From Vicinamibacteria bacterium (GTDB taxonomy: Bacteria > Acidobacteriota > Vicinamibacteria > Marinacidobacterales > Marinacidobacteraceae): a stretch of DNA of 64,000 bases. A program made the translations under genes and the position numbers. Shown here piece by piece: positions 9,207 through 19,373 of this stretch. Each line of letters starts with the position of its first letter. Position 1 is the first letter of the stretch. The stretch lies in the NCBI GenBank assembly GCA_963422395.1, contig OY729431.1:1792001-1856000 (forward strand), in the 5' to 3' direction. Under the pieces are notes generated by a model. The model was not told the DNA's origin. It saw only the letters and a program-made list of their open reading frames with translations, and did not search any database.

Positions 9207-10058
9207 ATGGACCTGAGCCGGCGACGGGCTTCCCTCCTGCTGGCGTCGCCCGCGCTGCTCGCAGTCGCACTCGCTGCCGCCGTCCCGATCGGGGTTCTGT
9301 TTCGAGTGGCGCTCTTCCCTCCCGGTCCGCTGGCACCCCTCGCAGGCGGTCCCGAAGCCGGTTCCTTCGCCGCCCTCCTCGACCCTCCGTTCCCGGAAGC
9401 GGCGATGCAGACGGCGCGGCTCGCGCTCCTGACCACGGTGCTGACGGCGCTGCTCGCCTTTCCCGCGGCGGTCTTCCTCTCGCGTTCTCGCGGACTCTTC
9501 CGCCGCGCCCAGAGGCTCCTCGTCATGACTGCGTTGCTGATGTCCCCGGTAGTGCATGCCTACGGATGGATGCTGATCCTCGGACCGGAAGGGTTTCCCG
9601 GGGCAACGCTCCGCCGCGCCGGCATGCTTTCCCCAGAAGCCGCGAGCCTCGTCACCCTCACCGCATCGTTCCTGCCGTTCATGATCCTGGCGCTTACGGC
9701 GAGCCTCGACCGGGTGGATCCCACCCTCGCGGAGGCCTCCCGCGGGCTGGGCGCGCCGCCGGCTTCCACATTCTTCCGGGTCACCTTTCCGCTCGTCCTG
9801 CCCGGGCTTCTCGCCGGCGCCGGCTTCGTGATGGTGGGCAGCCTTTCCGCCTATGCTGTCCCGGCGCTGCTCGGCGACCCGGCGTCACCCGCCTTCGTGG
9901 TGGAGATCTATGAACGGACCGCTGTCTCCCTCGACTGGCCCACCGCGGCGGCGGCCTCTCTCGCGCTGCTGCTCTCGGCCATGCTGCTTCTGACTGCGGC
10001 GGCGCTGCTCTCCCGCAGAGATGGCGCCCGAACCGCAGCCGGCGGAACGGCGGCATGA
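9207..10058 (+). CDS. ABC transporter permease (PotB-like)
   Basis: Multiple TM segments, EAA loop LAEASRGLGA, FFRVTFPL. Confidence 0.88.
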   Translation: MDLSRRRASLLLASPALLAVALAAAVPIGVLFRVALFPPGPLAPLAGGPEAGSFAALLDPPFPEAAMQTARLALLTTVLTALLAFPAAVFLSRSRGLFRRAQRLLVMTALLMSPVVHAYGWMLILGPEGFPGATLRRAGMLSPEAASLVTLTASFLPFMILALTASLDRVDPTLAEASRGLGAPPASTFFRVTFPLVLPGLLAGAGFVMVGSLSAYAVPALLGDPASPAFVVEIYERTAVSLDWPTAAAASLALLLSAMLLLTAAALLSRRDGARTAAGGTAA

Positions 10059-10930
10059 AACACCTCGGAATTCGCTCCGCCGGACGCGGCGCGATGAGGT
10101 TTGCGATCGGGGCGGCGGCGGGAATCGTCTGGTTGCTGCTGCTGCTCCCGATGCTGGCGCTCGCTGCCTCCTCGCTGGGCTTCCCCGTACCCGGAAGCCC
10201 GACTGCCGAAGGAGTCGGTCTGCGCAACTACGCGTCTCTCCCCGGCGAGCCGCGTCTGCTCGCCGCCCTCGGTACCAGCGCGGTGCTCGGCGTGCTGGCG
10301 GCGGGAGCGGCACTGGTGCTGGGAATCCCCGCTGCGCTCGGACTCACGCGGGGGCGCTTTCCCGGGCGGGACGTCGTGCTCGCCGTGCTCCTTTCCCCAC
10401 TGAGCCTTCCCGGCCTCGTGCTCGGGGTCGCTCTCTTGCAGACCGCCGTCCTCCTGGCCGCAGCGACCGGAGTCGAGCTGGCAGGAACCCCGGTCCTGCT
10501 GTTCGCCGCGCATCTCCTCATCACCATCCCCTGGGTAGCCCGCAGCGTGGCCGCTTCTCTCGAAGCGACCGGCGACTCGCAGGGAGGCGCGGCGCTCGAG
10601 GAACAGGCTCGGAGCCTCGGAGCAGGTCCGATCGCCGCGCTGTGGCTGGTCGTCCTGCCGAGCGCCCGTGCCGGGATCGCCGCCGGCGCGCTCACCGCCT
10701 TCGCGATCTCGTTCGGAAACTTCACGCTCTCTCTGCTGCTGGCCGGAGGACGGACGGTGACCCTTCCGGTGGCTATCTACGAGATCGTGCGCGACGGCCC
10801 GGATCCGGCAGCGGCGGCGATGAGCTCGCTCACCATCGCGATGGCCGCGATGACCGCGCTGCTGGCCGACCGGGTCTCCGGGGCCGGGAAGGCGGAGTGC
10901 CGGAGTCCCCAGAGCGGCGGCCCTCGATGA
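10055..10930 (+). CDS. ABC transporter permease (PotC-like)
   Basis: LEEQARSLGA, FAISFGNF, TLPVAIY; ATGA overlap with the previous gene. Confidence 0.88.
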   Translation: MKHLGIRSAGRGAMRFAIGAAAGIVWLLLLLPMLALAASSLGFPVPGSPTAEGVGLRNYASLPGEPRLLAALGTSAVLGVLAAGAALVLGIPAALGLTRGRFPGRDVVLAVLLSPLSLPGLVLGVALLQTAVLLAAATGVELAGTPVLLFAAHLLITIPWVARSVAASLEATGDSQGGAALEEQARSLGAGPIAALWLVVLPSARAGIAAGALTAFAISFGNFTLSLLLAGGRTVTLPVAIYEIVRDGPDPAAAAMSSLTIAMAAMTALLADRVSGAGKAECRSPQSGGPR

Positions 10931-12021
10931 ACCTGCGCCGAGCAGGGCTCGCACTCGCGGAGCTCGAAAAACACTTCGGAGCCCGCGAGGCGATCTCCGG
11001 AGCGACTCTCTCCGTGGAGAGCGGCGAGCTGGCGGCACTCCTGGGCGCGAGCGGGGCGGGCAAGACCACGATCCTCCGCCTGATCGCGGGCCATCTCGAC
11101 CCGGATGGGGGAGAGATCTGGATCGGCGGGAAATCCATGGAAGGCGTGCCGCCGGAACAGCGGAATGTGGGCATGGTCTTCCAGTCTCCGGCGCTCTTTC
11201 CGCACCTCACCGTCCGGCGCAATGTCTCCTTCGGGCCGGCGCGGCGCGGCGCGGCACGCGCCGAGGCCGCCGCGCTCGCGGGCGAGATGCTGGACCTGCT
11301 CGACCTCGGTGCACTCGCCGACCGCTATCCCCGCCAGCTCTCCGGCGGCGAGCAGCAAAGGGTCGCAGTGGCCCGGGCGCTCGCCCTCCGGCCCGAGGCG
11401 CTGCTGCTCGACGAGCCGCTCTCCGGGCTCGACCCCGCCTACCGCCGCGAGCTCCGGGGACGCCTCCGGGAGCTGCAGCGCGCGTCCGGGGCGACGACGG
11501 TCTGGGTGACCCACGACCAGGAAGAAGCGTTGAGCGTGGCGGATCGAGTCGCGGTGCTCGGTGAGGGACGGATCCAGCAATTCGCCGCCCCGCTCGAACT
11601 GCACACCCGCCCGGCGAACGGATTCGTCGCCCGCTTCGTCGGCAAGATGAACCTGCTCGCCGCGGTGCGGGACCCCGCCCGGGCGAACGGTTTTCGACTG
11701 CGCGGCGGCCCCTCGGTGCTCGCCGCCGCCGACAGTCTGCCGTCCGACCAGAGTGCTCCCCAAGCACCGGCCACGCTCGGCATCCGCCCGGAGGCGGTGC
11801 TGATCGGCCACCTGCCCCCCTCGCCCGGATTCAACACCGCGGGCGCGGTCGTGCGCCGCATCGGGTTTCTCGGCGACCGTCTCGAAATCGAGCTGGAGAT
11901 CGAGGGCGGGCAGCTCCTCACGGCCCGCGGCAACACCCTCTTCCAGAACCTCGCCCGCGAGGGCGACCGGGTGCGCACCCACTGGCCGGTCGCCGATACC
12001 CGATTCCTGGAATCAGCCTGA
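10927..12021 (+). CDS. ABC transporter ATP-binding subunit (PotA-like, TOBE)
   Basis: GASGAGKT, LSGGEQQRV, LLLDEP, VTHDQEEA; ATG at 10927 overlaps the upstream stop. Confidence 0.92.
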   Translation: MNLRRAGLALAELEKHFGAREAISGATLSVESGELAALLGASGAGKTTILRLIAGHLDPDGGEIWIGGKSMEGVPPEQRNVGMVFQSPALFPHLTVRRNVSFGPARRGAARAEAAALAGEMLDLLDLGALADRYPRQLSGGEQQRVAVARALALRPEALLLDEPLSGLDPAYRRELRGRLRELQRASGATTVWVTHDQEEALSVADRVAVLGEGRIQQFAAPLELHTRPANGFVARFVGKMNLLAAVRDPARANGFRLRGGPSVLAAADSLPSDQSAPQAPATLGIRPEAVLIGHLPPSPGFNTAGAVVRRIGFLGDRLEIELEIEGGQLLTARGNTLFQNLAREGDRVRTHWPVADTRFLESA

Positions 12022-12062
12022 CCGGCTCGCCCCGATGCCGAGTTACGGCCCGCACCATCCGC

Positions 12063-12110
12063 AAGGGGGCCCGTCAGCAGGTTCCGGCAGCCGGTGCCAG
12101 CGGGCCCTTC
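12063..12110. terminator. Possible hairpin between convergent genes
   Basis: GGGCCCG...CGGGCCC inverted repeat between the ABC ATPase and glpK; no U-tract. Confidence 0.3.
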
Positions 12111-12122
12111 AGCTGAGATCGG

Positions 12123-13676
12123 TCAGGCGAGATCCGTCCAGGCGAGGCTTCGCTCGACGCCTTTCCGCCACCCCCTGAGGCGGGCCGCCCGATCGGCTGC
12201 GGACATCCGGGGCTCGAAGCGCGCGTCCTCTTCGTCCGCCTCGAGGGCAGCGGCGAGTTCGGCCTCCGATTCCCAGAAACCGACGGCGAGACCGGCGCAG
12301 AGAGCAGCCCCGAGAGCGGTGGTCTCGAGGAGCCGGGGGCGGATCACCGGGATGCCGAGGATGTCCGCCTGGAAGCCGAGCAGCAGATCGCTGACCGTCA
12401 TGCCCCCGTCCACCCGTAATTTCGAGACGGGAAACCCGGCGTCCTCGCGCATCGCCTCGAGGACATCGTGGACCTGGAAGGCGGCGGCCTCGATCGCGGC
12501 GCGGGCGAGATGCCGGCGGTCGGTGTGCCGGGTCAGGCCGCAGAGGACGCCCCGGGCATCGGCACGCCAGTGCGGGGCGAAGAGGCCGGAGAAGGCCGGC
12601 ACGATCACCGCCCCGCCGCTGCTTTCGACCTCGAGCGCGAGCCGCTCGATCCCGGCGGCGGAGGCGGCGAACCCCAGCTGGTCACGAAGCCACTGGACCA
12701 GGGAACCGGCGACTGCCACCGAGCCCTCCAGCGCGTAGTCCACCCGGTCGGCGTCGGCATAGGCCACCGTGGTCAGGAGTCCAGCCTTCGAGGGAATCGG
12801 CGCAGCGCCGGTGTGCAGCAGCAGAAAAGCGCCGGTGCCGTAGGTGCATTTGGCCTCGCCCGGCCTCCGGCACAGTTGCCCCAAGAGCGCCGCCTGCTGG
12901 TCGCCGAGGACGCCGGTGATCGGAACCCGAGCGCCGAAGGGGCCGTGGGGAATCGTGCTGCCCCAGGCCTCCGGGTGGGAGGAAGGGGCGATCTCCGGCA
13001 GCATCCGGGGCGGAATCTCGAGCGCTTCCAGCAGCTCCGCGCTCCACTGGCACTCCCCGAGATCCATCATCAGGGTACGGCTCGCATTCGTCGGGTCGGT
13101 CCGGTGGACCGCGCCGCCGGTGAGCCGCCAGATCAGCCACGACTCCACCGTCCCGAAGACGGCGCGGCCGCTCTCGGCGCGCTGGCGCAGTCCGTCCTCA
13201 TGCTGAAGCAGCCAGCGGAGCTTCGGCCCCGAGAAGTAGGTCGCCGCCGGGAGCCCGGTCGAACTGCGGAGACGATCCGCACCGACCCGTTCCTGAAGCT
13301 CGGCCGCCAGTCGGTCGGTGCGGGTGTCCTGCCAGACGATCGCCGGGGCGAGCGGCTCACCGGTCGCCGGGTCCCAGACGACGGTGGTCTCCCGCTGGTT
13401 CGCGATCCCGACGGCGGCAACGCTGCGGCCGTCCAGTTCTCCGTCGCGGAGCGCCCCCGCGATCACTTCGGAGGTCCGCTCCCAGATCTCTTTGGGATCG
13501 TGTTCGACCCAGCCGGGCCTCCGGGTGATCTGACGGTGCTCGCGCTGGTCGGAGCCGACGACCCGTCCGTTCCGGTCGAAGAGCAGGCAGCGGCTGCTGG
13601 TGGTGCCCTGATCGACCGCGGCGATCACTTCCGCGGGCCCCTTCGCGGGCACTCCGCGGGAGGGGGCGGCGTTCAC
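12123..13676 (-). CDS. glpK: Glycerol kinase
   Basis: DQGTTSSR, GWVEHDP, NQRETT, TYFSGPK, GDQQAAL, KCTYGTG, LRVDGG, ETTALGAA. Confidence 0.96.
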   Translation of the reverse strand: MNAAPSRGVPAKGPAEVIAAVDQGTTSSRCLLFDRNGRVVGSDQREHRQITRRPGWVEHDPKEIWERTSEVIAGALRDGELDGRSVAAVGIANQRETTVVWDPATGEPLAPAIVWQDTRTDRLAAELQERVGADRLRSSTGLPAATYFSGPKLRWLLQHEDGLRQRAESGRAVFGTVESWLIWRLTGGAVHRTDPTNASRTLMMDLGECQWSAELLEALEIPPRMLPEIAPSSHPEAWGSTIPHGPFGARVPITGVLGDQQAALLGQLCRRPGEAKCTYGTGAFLLLHTGAAPIPSKAGLLTTVAYADADRVDYALEGSVAVAGSLVQWLRDQLGFAASAAGIERLALEVESSGGAVIVPAFSGLFAPHWRADARGVLCGLTRHTDRRHLARAAIEAAAFQVHDVLEAMREDAGFPVSKLRVDGGMTVSDLLLGFQADILGIPVIRPRLLETTALGAALCAGLAVGFWESEAELAAALEADEEDARFEPRMSAADRAARLRGWRKGVERSLAWTDLA

Positions 13677-15256
13677 TCGGCGGAAAGCCGCAGAGCCTTT
13701 CCGGACCGTACTCCGGTCACTTCCCCGTCGCGCAGGACGAACTCGCCGGAAACCAGGACATGCCGCACTCCGCTGGCGTAATGGTGAGGATCGCCGAAGG
13801 CGGCGTGTTCTTCGACGGAGGCCGGATCCAGGACCGCGATATCCGCAACCGCGCCCTCTTCGATCACCCCGCGGCCGGTGAGGCCGAGCCGGCCGGCCGG
13901 CAGCGAGGTCATCTTCCGTACCGCCTCCGCGAAGGACAGCAGTCCGGCTTCCCGCACATAGAGGCTGAGGACCCGGGCGAAGGTTCCGTAGTTCCGGGGG
14001 TGGGGCACGCCCTCGCCGGGAGCCACGATGCCGCCGTCGGAGGCGATCATCGTCCGCGGATGGGCCATGATCCGCCGCACATCGTCCTCATGCATGGCGT
14101 GGAAGACGCCGCCGAAACCTCCCTTCTCCTGCAGTTCGAGGGCGAGGGCCGCCCCCTCGTCGGTGGTGACCGGGAGTCCGCGCTCCCGCAGGATGTCCCC
14201 CATGCTCTTGCCTTCGAGCGAGCGATCCCATTCGCAGCTGGCGATCACCACATTGTCGGGGCTCCCCCCGCCGCGGTCCACTTCGAGGTTCTCTCGGACC
14301 GCCTCCCGAATCCGCTCGCGCTGTTCGGGATCGGCGAGCCGCTCCAGCAGAGCCTCCGGGCCCCCGGCGAGACTCCATGCCGGAAACAGGATCGTCAGCC
14401 CGGTCGAGGAGGCGGTGTACGGGTACTGATCGATCGTCACATCCACGCCCCGCGCCACCGCCTCGTCCACGAGGCGAAGGCTCTCGACGCTCTGACCCCA
14501 CATCGGAGCCCCGACCACCTTGTGGTGGGTGATCTGGGTCGGCAGCCCGCCTTCCTCGCCGATGCGGATGGTCTCCCGCACCGAGTCGAGCAGGCTGAGC
14601 CCCTCTTCGCGCAGATGGCTGATGTGGACCCCGCCGTAGCGCGCCGCGGCTTTCGCCAGCTCGATCACTTCTTCGGTTCGAGCAAAGGTCCCCGGCGGGT
14701 ACTTGAGCCCGGTGGAAAGCCCGAAGGCGCCTTCCCGCATGGCCTGCTCCACGAGCGCACGCATCGCCTCGAGTTCCGCGTCTTCGGGAGCGCGGTCTTC
14801 GAGGCCGAGCACCTCGCGGCGGACGGTTCCGTGGCCGACGAGCAGCCCCATGTTGATGGCGGCCCCCTCGGTCTCGAACTCGGTCAGCCATTCTCCGATC
14901 GGCAGCGGAGAGCTCCCGTCCGGTCCGCCGATGGCGGTGGTCACTCCCTGGTGCAGGTAGTTCTCGGCGAGCGGATGGCGGAACACTCCGCGCACCGCGT
15001 GCGAGTGGATGTCCACGAAACCAGGAGTCAACGAGAGTCCGGAGACATCCACCCGCGCGGCCGCGCGGGCTCCCGACAGGTCGCCGAGCGCAGCCACTCG
15101 ACCCTCTCGGATGCCGAGATCGGTGACCGTCGGCGCGCCGCCGCGCCCGTCGTGCACCGCACCGCCGGCGAGCACGATGTCGTAGCGCTCACCGCACCCG
15201 GCAGCGGTCAGCGCTGCGGTCAGCAGCAACAGAGCGATTCGGAGCCTTCCGGTCAT
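13673..15256 (-). CDS. N-acyl-D-amino-acid deacylase family amidohydrolase, probable lipoprotein
   Basis: Lipobox-like LTAAGC, PGFVDIHSH, GAFGLSTGL, DQYPYTASST, ASDG, PHPRNYGTF. Confidence 0.9.
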   Translation of the reverse strand: MTGRLRIALLLLTAALTAAGCGERYDIVLAGGAVHDGRGGAPTVTDLGIREGRVAALGDLSGARAAARVDVSGLSLTPGFVDIHSHAVRGVFRHPLAENYLHQGVTTAIGGPDGSSPLPIGEWLTEFETEGAAINMGLLVGHGTVRREVLGLEDRAPEDAELEAMRALVEQAMREGAFGLSTGLKYPPGTFARTEEVIELAKAAARYGGVHISHLREEGLSLLDSVRETIRIGEEGGLPTQITHHKVVGAPMWGQSVESLRLVDEAVARGVDVTIDQYPYTASSTGLTILFPAWSLAGGPEALLERLADPEQRERIREAVRENLEVDRGGGSPDNVVIASCEWDRSLEGKSMGDILRERGLPVTTDEGAALALELQEKGGFGGVFHAMHEDDVRRIMAHPRTMIASDGGIVAPGEGVPHPRNYGTFARVLSLYVREAGLLSFAEAVRKMTSLPAGRLGLTGRGVIEEGAVADIAVLDPASVEEHAAFGDPHHYASGVRHVLVSGEFVLRDGEVTGVRSGKALRLSAE

Positions 15257-15432
15257 TCGACTTCTTCCTCGGGGACTTGCCCATCGAAAATTCCTTCCGG
15301 AATTCCTTCCCGGAGGACGAGAGCCGCCCCGCATCGAGCGCTCCCAAGCCCCCCGGAGCAACGCTTTTCCAGTGTACCAACCGCCCGCTGGTAGCATTCC
15401 AAGCTCCCTGACGGCGTCACGCCGAAGCCTCC

Positions 15433-16833
15433 ATGCGCACTCACCGGATCTCCCTCTCCCATCGGATTTCGCTGCTGCCGGCGATCATTGCCGCGCTGGT
15501 ACTGCCAGCGGCGGTCCTCGTCCCAGCGGCAGCCGACGGCCAGCCGTCCCCGACGGTGCTGCCGATGCGCGAGCGGGCAACGATCGTGGACCGTTGGCTG
15601 GAGGTTCGTTTCGAGACCGTCCTGCCGGCGATCATGCGGCGGGAGGGAGTGGATCTGTGGATCGTGGCCGCTCGGGAATACAACGAAGACCCGGTGATCC
15701 GGACCATGCTGCCCTACACCTGGCTCGCCGCCCGGCGGCGCACGGTGCTCCTGTTCCACGACCGCGGGCCGGAAGCGGGAGTGGAACGGCTGGCGGTGGC
15801 GCGCTACGACATCGGCGGCATTCCGGGCGCCTGGGATCCCGAGGCCGAGCCCGACCAGTGGGCGCGGGTGGCCGAACTGGTGCGGGAACGGGATCCGCAG
15901 CGCATCGGTGTCAACCGTTCGCGGGATTTCGGGCTAGCCGACGGGCTCACCGCGACCGAGGACGAAGCGCTTCGGGAGGCACTCGGCCCCGAACTCGCCG
16001 GACGGATCACGGGCGCCGAGCGCTTGGCCATCGCCTGGCTCGAGACCCGCACCCCGGAAGAGATGGCGGTCTATCCCGGAGTGGTTCGGCTGGCCCGCTC
16101 GATCCTCGCCGAGGGACTCTCCGAGCGGGCGATCCAACCGGGAGTGACGACGACCGGGGATCTCTCCTGGTGGTATCGGGAGCGAATCCGGGAGCTTAAG
16201 CTCCAGACTTGGTTCCAGCCGGGGGTTTCGGTCCAGCGGCGAGAAGGTTCGATGTTCGGCGGCGACGCGGACGGGCAGGGAGATTTCTCCTCCCGGCCGC
16301 CGCCGGACACCATCCTGCCCGGCGACCTGATCCATGTGGACTTCGGGATCACTTACCTCCGGCTCAACACCGACACCCAGATGCACGCCTATGTGCTCCG
16401 GCACGGGGAGGCCGCGGCCCCTCCGGGGCTGCGGGAAGCGCTTTCGACCGGCAATCGCCTCCAGGACATCCTCACCGGTGAGTTCGTGGCCGGCAGGACC
16501 GGCAACGAGATTCTGGCCGCGGCGCTCGCCCGAGCGGAGCAGGAGGGCATCCAGGCCTCCATCTACACCCATCCGATCGGCTTCCACGGCCACGCTGCCG
16601 GCCCCACGATCGGGCTCTGGGACCGCCAGGAAGGCGTTCCGGGCAAGGGGGACTATCCGCTCTTTCCGATGACCGCCCACTCGATCGAGCTGAACGCCCG
16701 AGTACCGGTTCCCGAATGGGACGGCCAAGAGGTACGGATCGCCCTCGAAGAGGACGCCGTCTTCGACGGCGAGGACACCCGTTACATCGATCCCCGGATG
16801 GAGCGGCTGTTGTTGATCCCCCGCCCCCGCTGA
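15433..16833 (+). CDS. Secreted M24 (Xaa-Pro) metallopeptidase
   Basis: Signal peptide; GDLIHVDFG, LNTDTQ, YTHPIGFHGH, SIELN, LEED. Confidence 0.85.
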   Translation: MRTHRISLSHRISLLPAIIAALVLPAAVLVPAAADGQPSPTVLPMRERATIVDRWLEVRFETVLPAIMRREGVDLWIVAAREYNEDPVIRTMLPYTWLAARRRTVLLFHDRGPEAGVERLAVARYDIGGIPGAWDPEAEPDQWARVAELVRERDPQRIGVNRSRDFGLADGLTATEDEALREALGPELAGRITGAERLAIAWLETRTPEEMAVYPGVVRLARSILAEGLSERAIQPGVTTTGDLSWWYRERIRELKLQTWFQPGVSVQRREGSMFGGDADGQGDFSSRPPPDTILPGDLIHVDFGITYLRLNTDTQMHAYVLRHGEAAAPPGLREALSTGNRLQDILTGEFVAGRTGNEILAAALARAEQEGIQASIYTHPIGFHGHAAGPTIGLWDRQEGVPGKGDYPLFPMTAHSIELNARVPVPEWDGQEVRIALEEDAVFDGEDTRYIDPRMERLLLIPRPR

Positions 16834-16900
16834 GCCGGCCCGCTGCGCGCCGGCCCCGCCGAAGGGTGAAGAAGAACCTCGGAGCCGCTGCAGGGTCCCG

Positions 16901-19354
16901 TTAGCGGTTGGAGGAGGTCTGGATCTCCTCCAGTCGGGCGCGGGCGAGATCGAAACGCTCCCGGATCCTCGGGATCGGAAGGTCGCCGTAGCGGGCGGCG
17001 AGTCTCGATTCGGCGACCTCGAGGGCCCGCAGCAGATCACCGGCGGCCGCCCGGGCCGCGGTCGGGTCGCGGCTGCCTACCGATCCGATCCAGACCGGAG
17101 AAGTCTGGGCGAACACCGAACCGTTCATCGCCGGCCACGCCTCCTTCCCGCCGTGAGCGCGCACCGCGACCCACCCCGCCTCCGGAAGGTCGAGTTCGCC
17201 GCCGAGCTCCCGGGCTCCGGGAGCGGCGAGGCCCGGAAAGCTCTCCACCACCGCGCCGTTCACGATCAGCTCCACGGTCTCCACCGGCCCGGTCGAAGCC
17301 AGAGTGAGAGTCCACCGCGCGGTCCGCCTGCCGACCGAAACGGCGCTCCCGGGGCGCTCCCCTGCCAGCCGGAAGTCGAGCAGCGGTCCGGTGGTGACGA
17401 AACTCCGTCCGGCTGAGAGCGCCTCGAGGTAAGCACTCATCCGGAAAGGCCCCGGCGCCTCGACATAGAGCCGGGCCGTGCCCACCGCCATGGTGCGGTG
17501 GTAGTCCAGCATCACATCGGTTCCGGCGGAAGCGGCGAGCGGCACTCCCAGGTTCAGCACCCGGTGCCACAGAGCCGCGGTCCCGACCTCGCTGGTCCAC
17601 AGGCACGCCACTTCGAGGCTGTCCAGATCGCCGAGCACCGCGTCGGGGACGATGCTCAGCGGAATCGCCGCGAGGCCCGCTTCGCTGCCGAACGGGTCGG
17701 CGACCGACACCGGGTGCATGTAGGAACTCACTCCGGCTTGCCGGCGGGCGTGGGCGAGGGCGTCGGCATTCGGCCGGTCGTCCTCCTCGTAGATCGGATA
17801 GCCGGGCCCCCAGAACCACGGCCAGAACGGGCTCTCGATCCCGATGAGGCCGAGGTGCCCGAGGAAGTGCGAGCGAATCTCCTGTCCGAACAGGACCGCG
17901 GGAAGGCGATCCAGCCGGCGGTCGGCGAAGAACTCGGTGTCGTTCCGGCGGTGGTGGAGGTTCGCCATGAGCGGGGTGCCGATGTCGAGATCCTCGGCCG
18001 CGAGCAACGACTCCAGATCGTCGGGGTCGAGCCGGACCTGCCCGCCGTAGTTGAGGTGGAAGTGGTGGTCGCCGGAGCGGTATCCCGCTGCGCGCGAGTC
18101 CCAGAGCGGTTCGAAAACCAGCTCGGCTTCTCCGGTCTCCCCGGCGCGGACCGGGATCGTGAGGCTCGCCGAAAGGTGCGCGAAGCCGTGGGTCGCGGTG
18201 ATCCGGACCTCTCCTCCGGGGAGGGCGGGCACTTCCACCTCCACCACTCCCGGCGAATAGAAGTAGATGCGCCCGTGGGTTCCGTCGAAGCGCGGGAACG
18301 CTCCGGGAACGACCGCCGGATGCCCCACCGGGTCGAGCACTTCGAGCCGCGCCGGAACCGGAGTCGGGGCGCCGGCCCGGCGGGTGGTGATCCGCACCCG
18401 CGCCAGCGGGACGCCAAAGTCCCACGCCCGTACCGGAAGGTCCACCGCCGGCCCGCCCCGGGTGCTGACTTGCCGCAAGCGGAAGCGTTCGCCCTCGTCT
18501 GCCTCGACGAAGATCACCGCCTCGCCGTCCTCGGTGAGGGAGGGCGTGAGCGGCAGGCCGCGGGCGGCGACCAGTTCCACCGGGTCCCCCTGCTCCGGAT
18601 CCACCAGCAGCAGCCGGTAGCCGTCGGCACCGTCTCCGGCCGGCCAGTTGAGCGCCAGGGTCCCCTTCCCCGGCTGGGCGGCGGGGCGGGCCTGGGAGGC
18701 GATGGATTCGGCCCGCAGCGTCGTCTCCTCTCCGTCGGCGTCGAGCAGGACCAGCTCGTCCGGAGACGACCGGCCCTTCGCCAGATACGCCAGCTCCCCG
18801 CCGGGAAGCGGCTGCGGTCTCACTTCCAGCCCGCGGCGGCTGGTGAGGCGCGTGGGTTCCCCGGTTTCGAGCGAGAAGCGCCAGATGTCGAGGTCACCGG
18901 CGGTGGCAGCGCTGAAGTAGAGATCTTTCCCGTCGGGCGCCCATGCCGGATCGAGGACGATCGTCCCGTCGCCGAAGAGCCGGGTTTCCTCTCCGGTCCC
19001 CAGGTCCAGCTGCCAGATGGAGAGGTTCTCGCCGTCGTCCCGGAGAAAGGCCAATGCACCGCCGTCCGGCCGCCAGGCGGGACGGGTGTCGAGTTCCGGC
19101 CCGCGGGTCGAGCGCCGCGCCACTCCGGTCTCGAGATCGAACAGCCAGAGCCAGCCGCGCGCCGAGAAGGCGATCGTGCCGCCGTCCGGCGAAACCGCTG
19201 GATCCGTGGGCCCTGCGGCGAGGATCGGCAGTTCGAACCCCTCCACATAGACATGGTGGGAATAGCCTTCGAGCTTCGGGTAACGGTTGGTCCACTGGGC
19301 GGAGGCGACCGAGGGAACGAAGACGAACAGCGCCAACGCCGCGATGCTTCTCAT
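16901..19354 (-). CDS. Secreted TolB-like beta-propeller + CehA/McbA (PHP-like) metallohydrolase
   Basis: Signal peptide MRSIAALALFVFVPSVASAQ; PAVSPDG/PAWRPDG/PAWAPDG repeats; SGDHHFH, GHLGL, YMHP, ASAGTD, GRSFVTTGP. Confidence 0.8.
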   Translation of the reverse strand: MRSIAALALFVFVPSVASAQWTNRYPKLEGYSHHVYVEGFELPILAAGPTDPAVSPDGGTIAFSARGWLWLFDLETGVARRSTRGPELDTRPAWRPDGGALAFLRDDGENLSIWQLDLGTGEETRLFGDGTIVLDPAWAPDGKDLYFSAATAGDLDIWRFSLETGEPTRLTSRRGLEVRPQPLPGGELAYLAKGRSSPDELVLLDADGEETTLRAESIASQARPAAQPGKGTLALNWPAGDGADGYRLLLVDPEQGDPVELVAARGLPLTPSLTEDGEAVIFVEADEGERFRLRQVSTRGGPAVDLPVRAWDFGVPLARVRITTRRAGAPTPVPARLEVLDPVGHPAVVPGAFPRFDGTHGRIYFYSPGVVEVEVPALPGGEVRITATHGFAHLSASLTIPVRAGETGEAELVFEPLWDSRAAGYRSGDHHFHLNYGGQVRLDPDDLESLLAAEDLDIGTPLMANLHHRRNDTEFFADRRLDRLPAVLFGQEIRSHFLGHLGLIGIESPFWPWFWGPGYPIYEEDDRPNADALAHARRQAGVSSYMHPVSVADPFGSEAGLAAIPLSIVPDAVLGDLDSLEVACLWTSEVGTAALWHRVLNLGVPLAASAGTDVMLDYHRTMAVGTARLYVEAPGPFRMSAYLEALSAGRSFVTTGPLLDFRLAGERPGSAVSVGRRTARWTLTLASTGPVETVELIVNGAVVESFPGLAAPGARELGGELDLPEAGWVAVRAHGGKEAWPAMNGSVFAQTSPVWIGSVGSRDPTAARAAAGDLLRALEVAESRLAARYGDLPIPRIRERFDLARARLEEIQTSSNR

Positions 19355-19373
19355 GGGTTTCTCCCTTTCCGTA

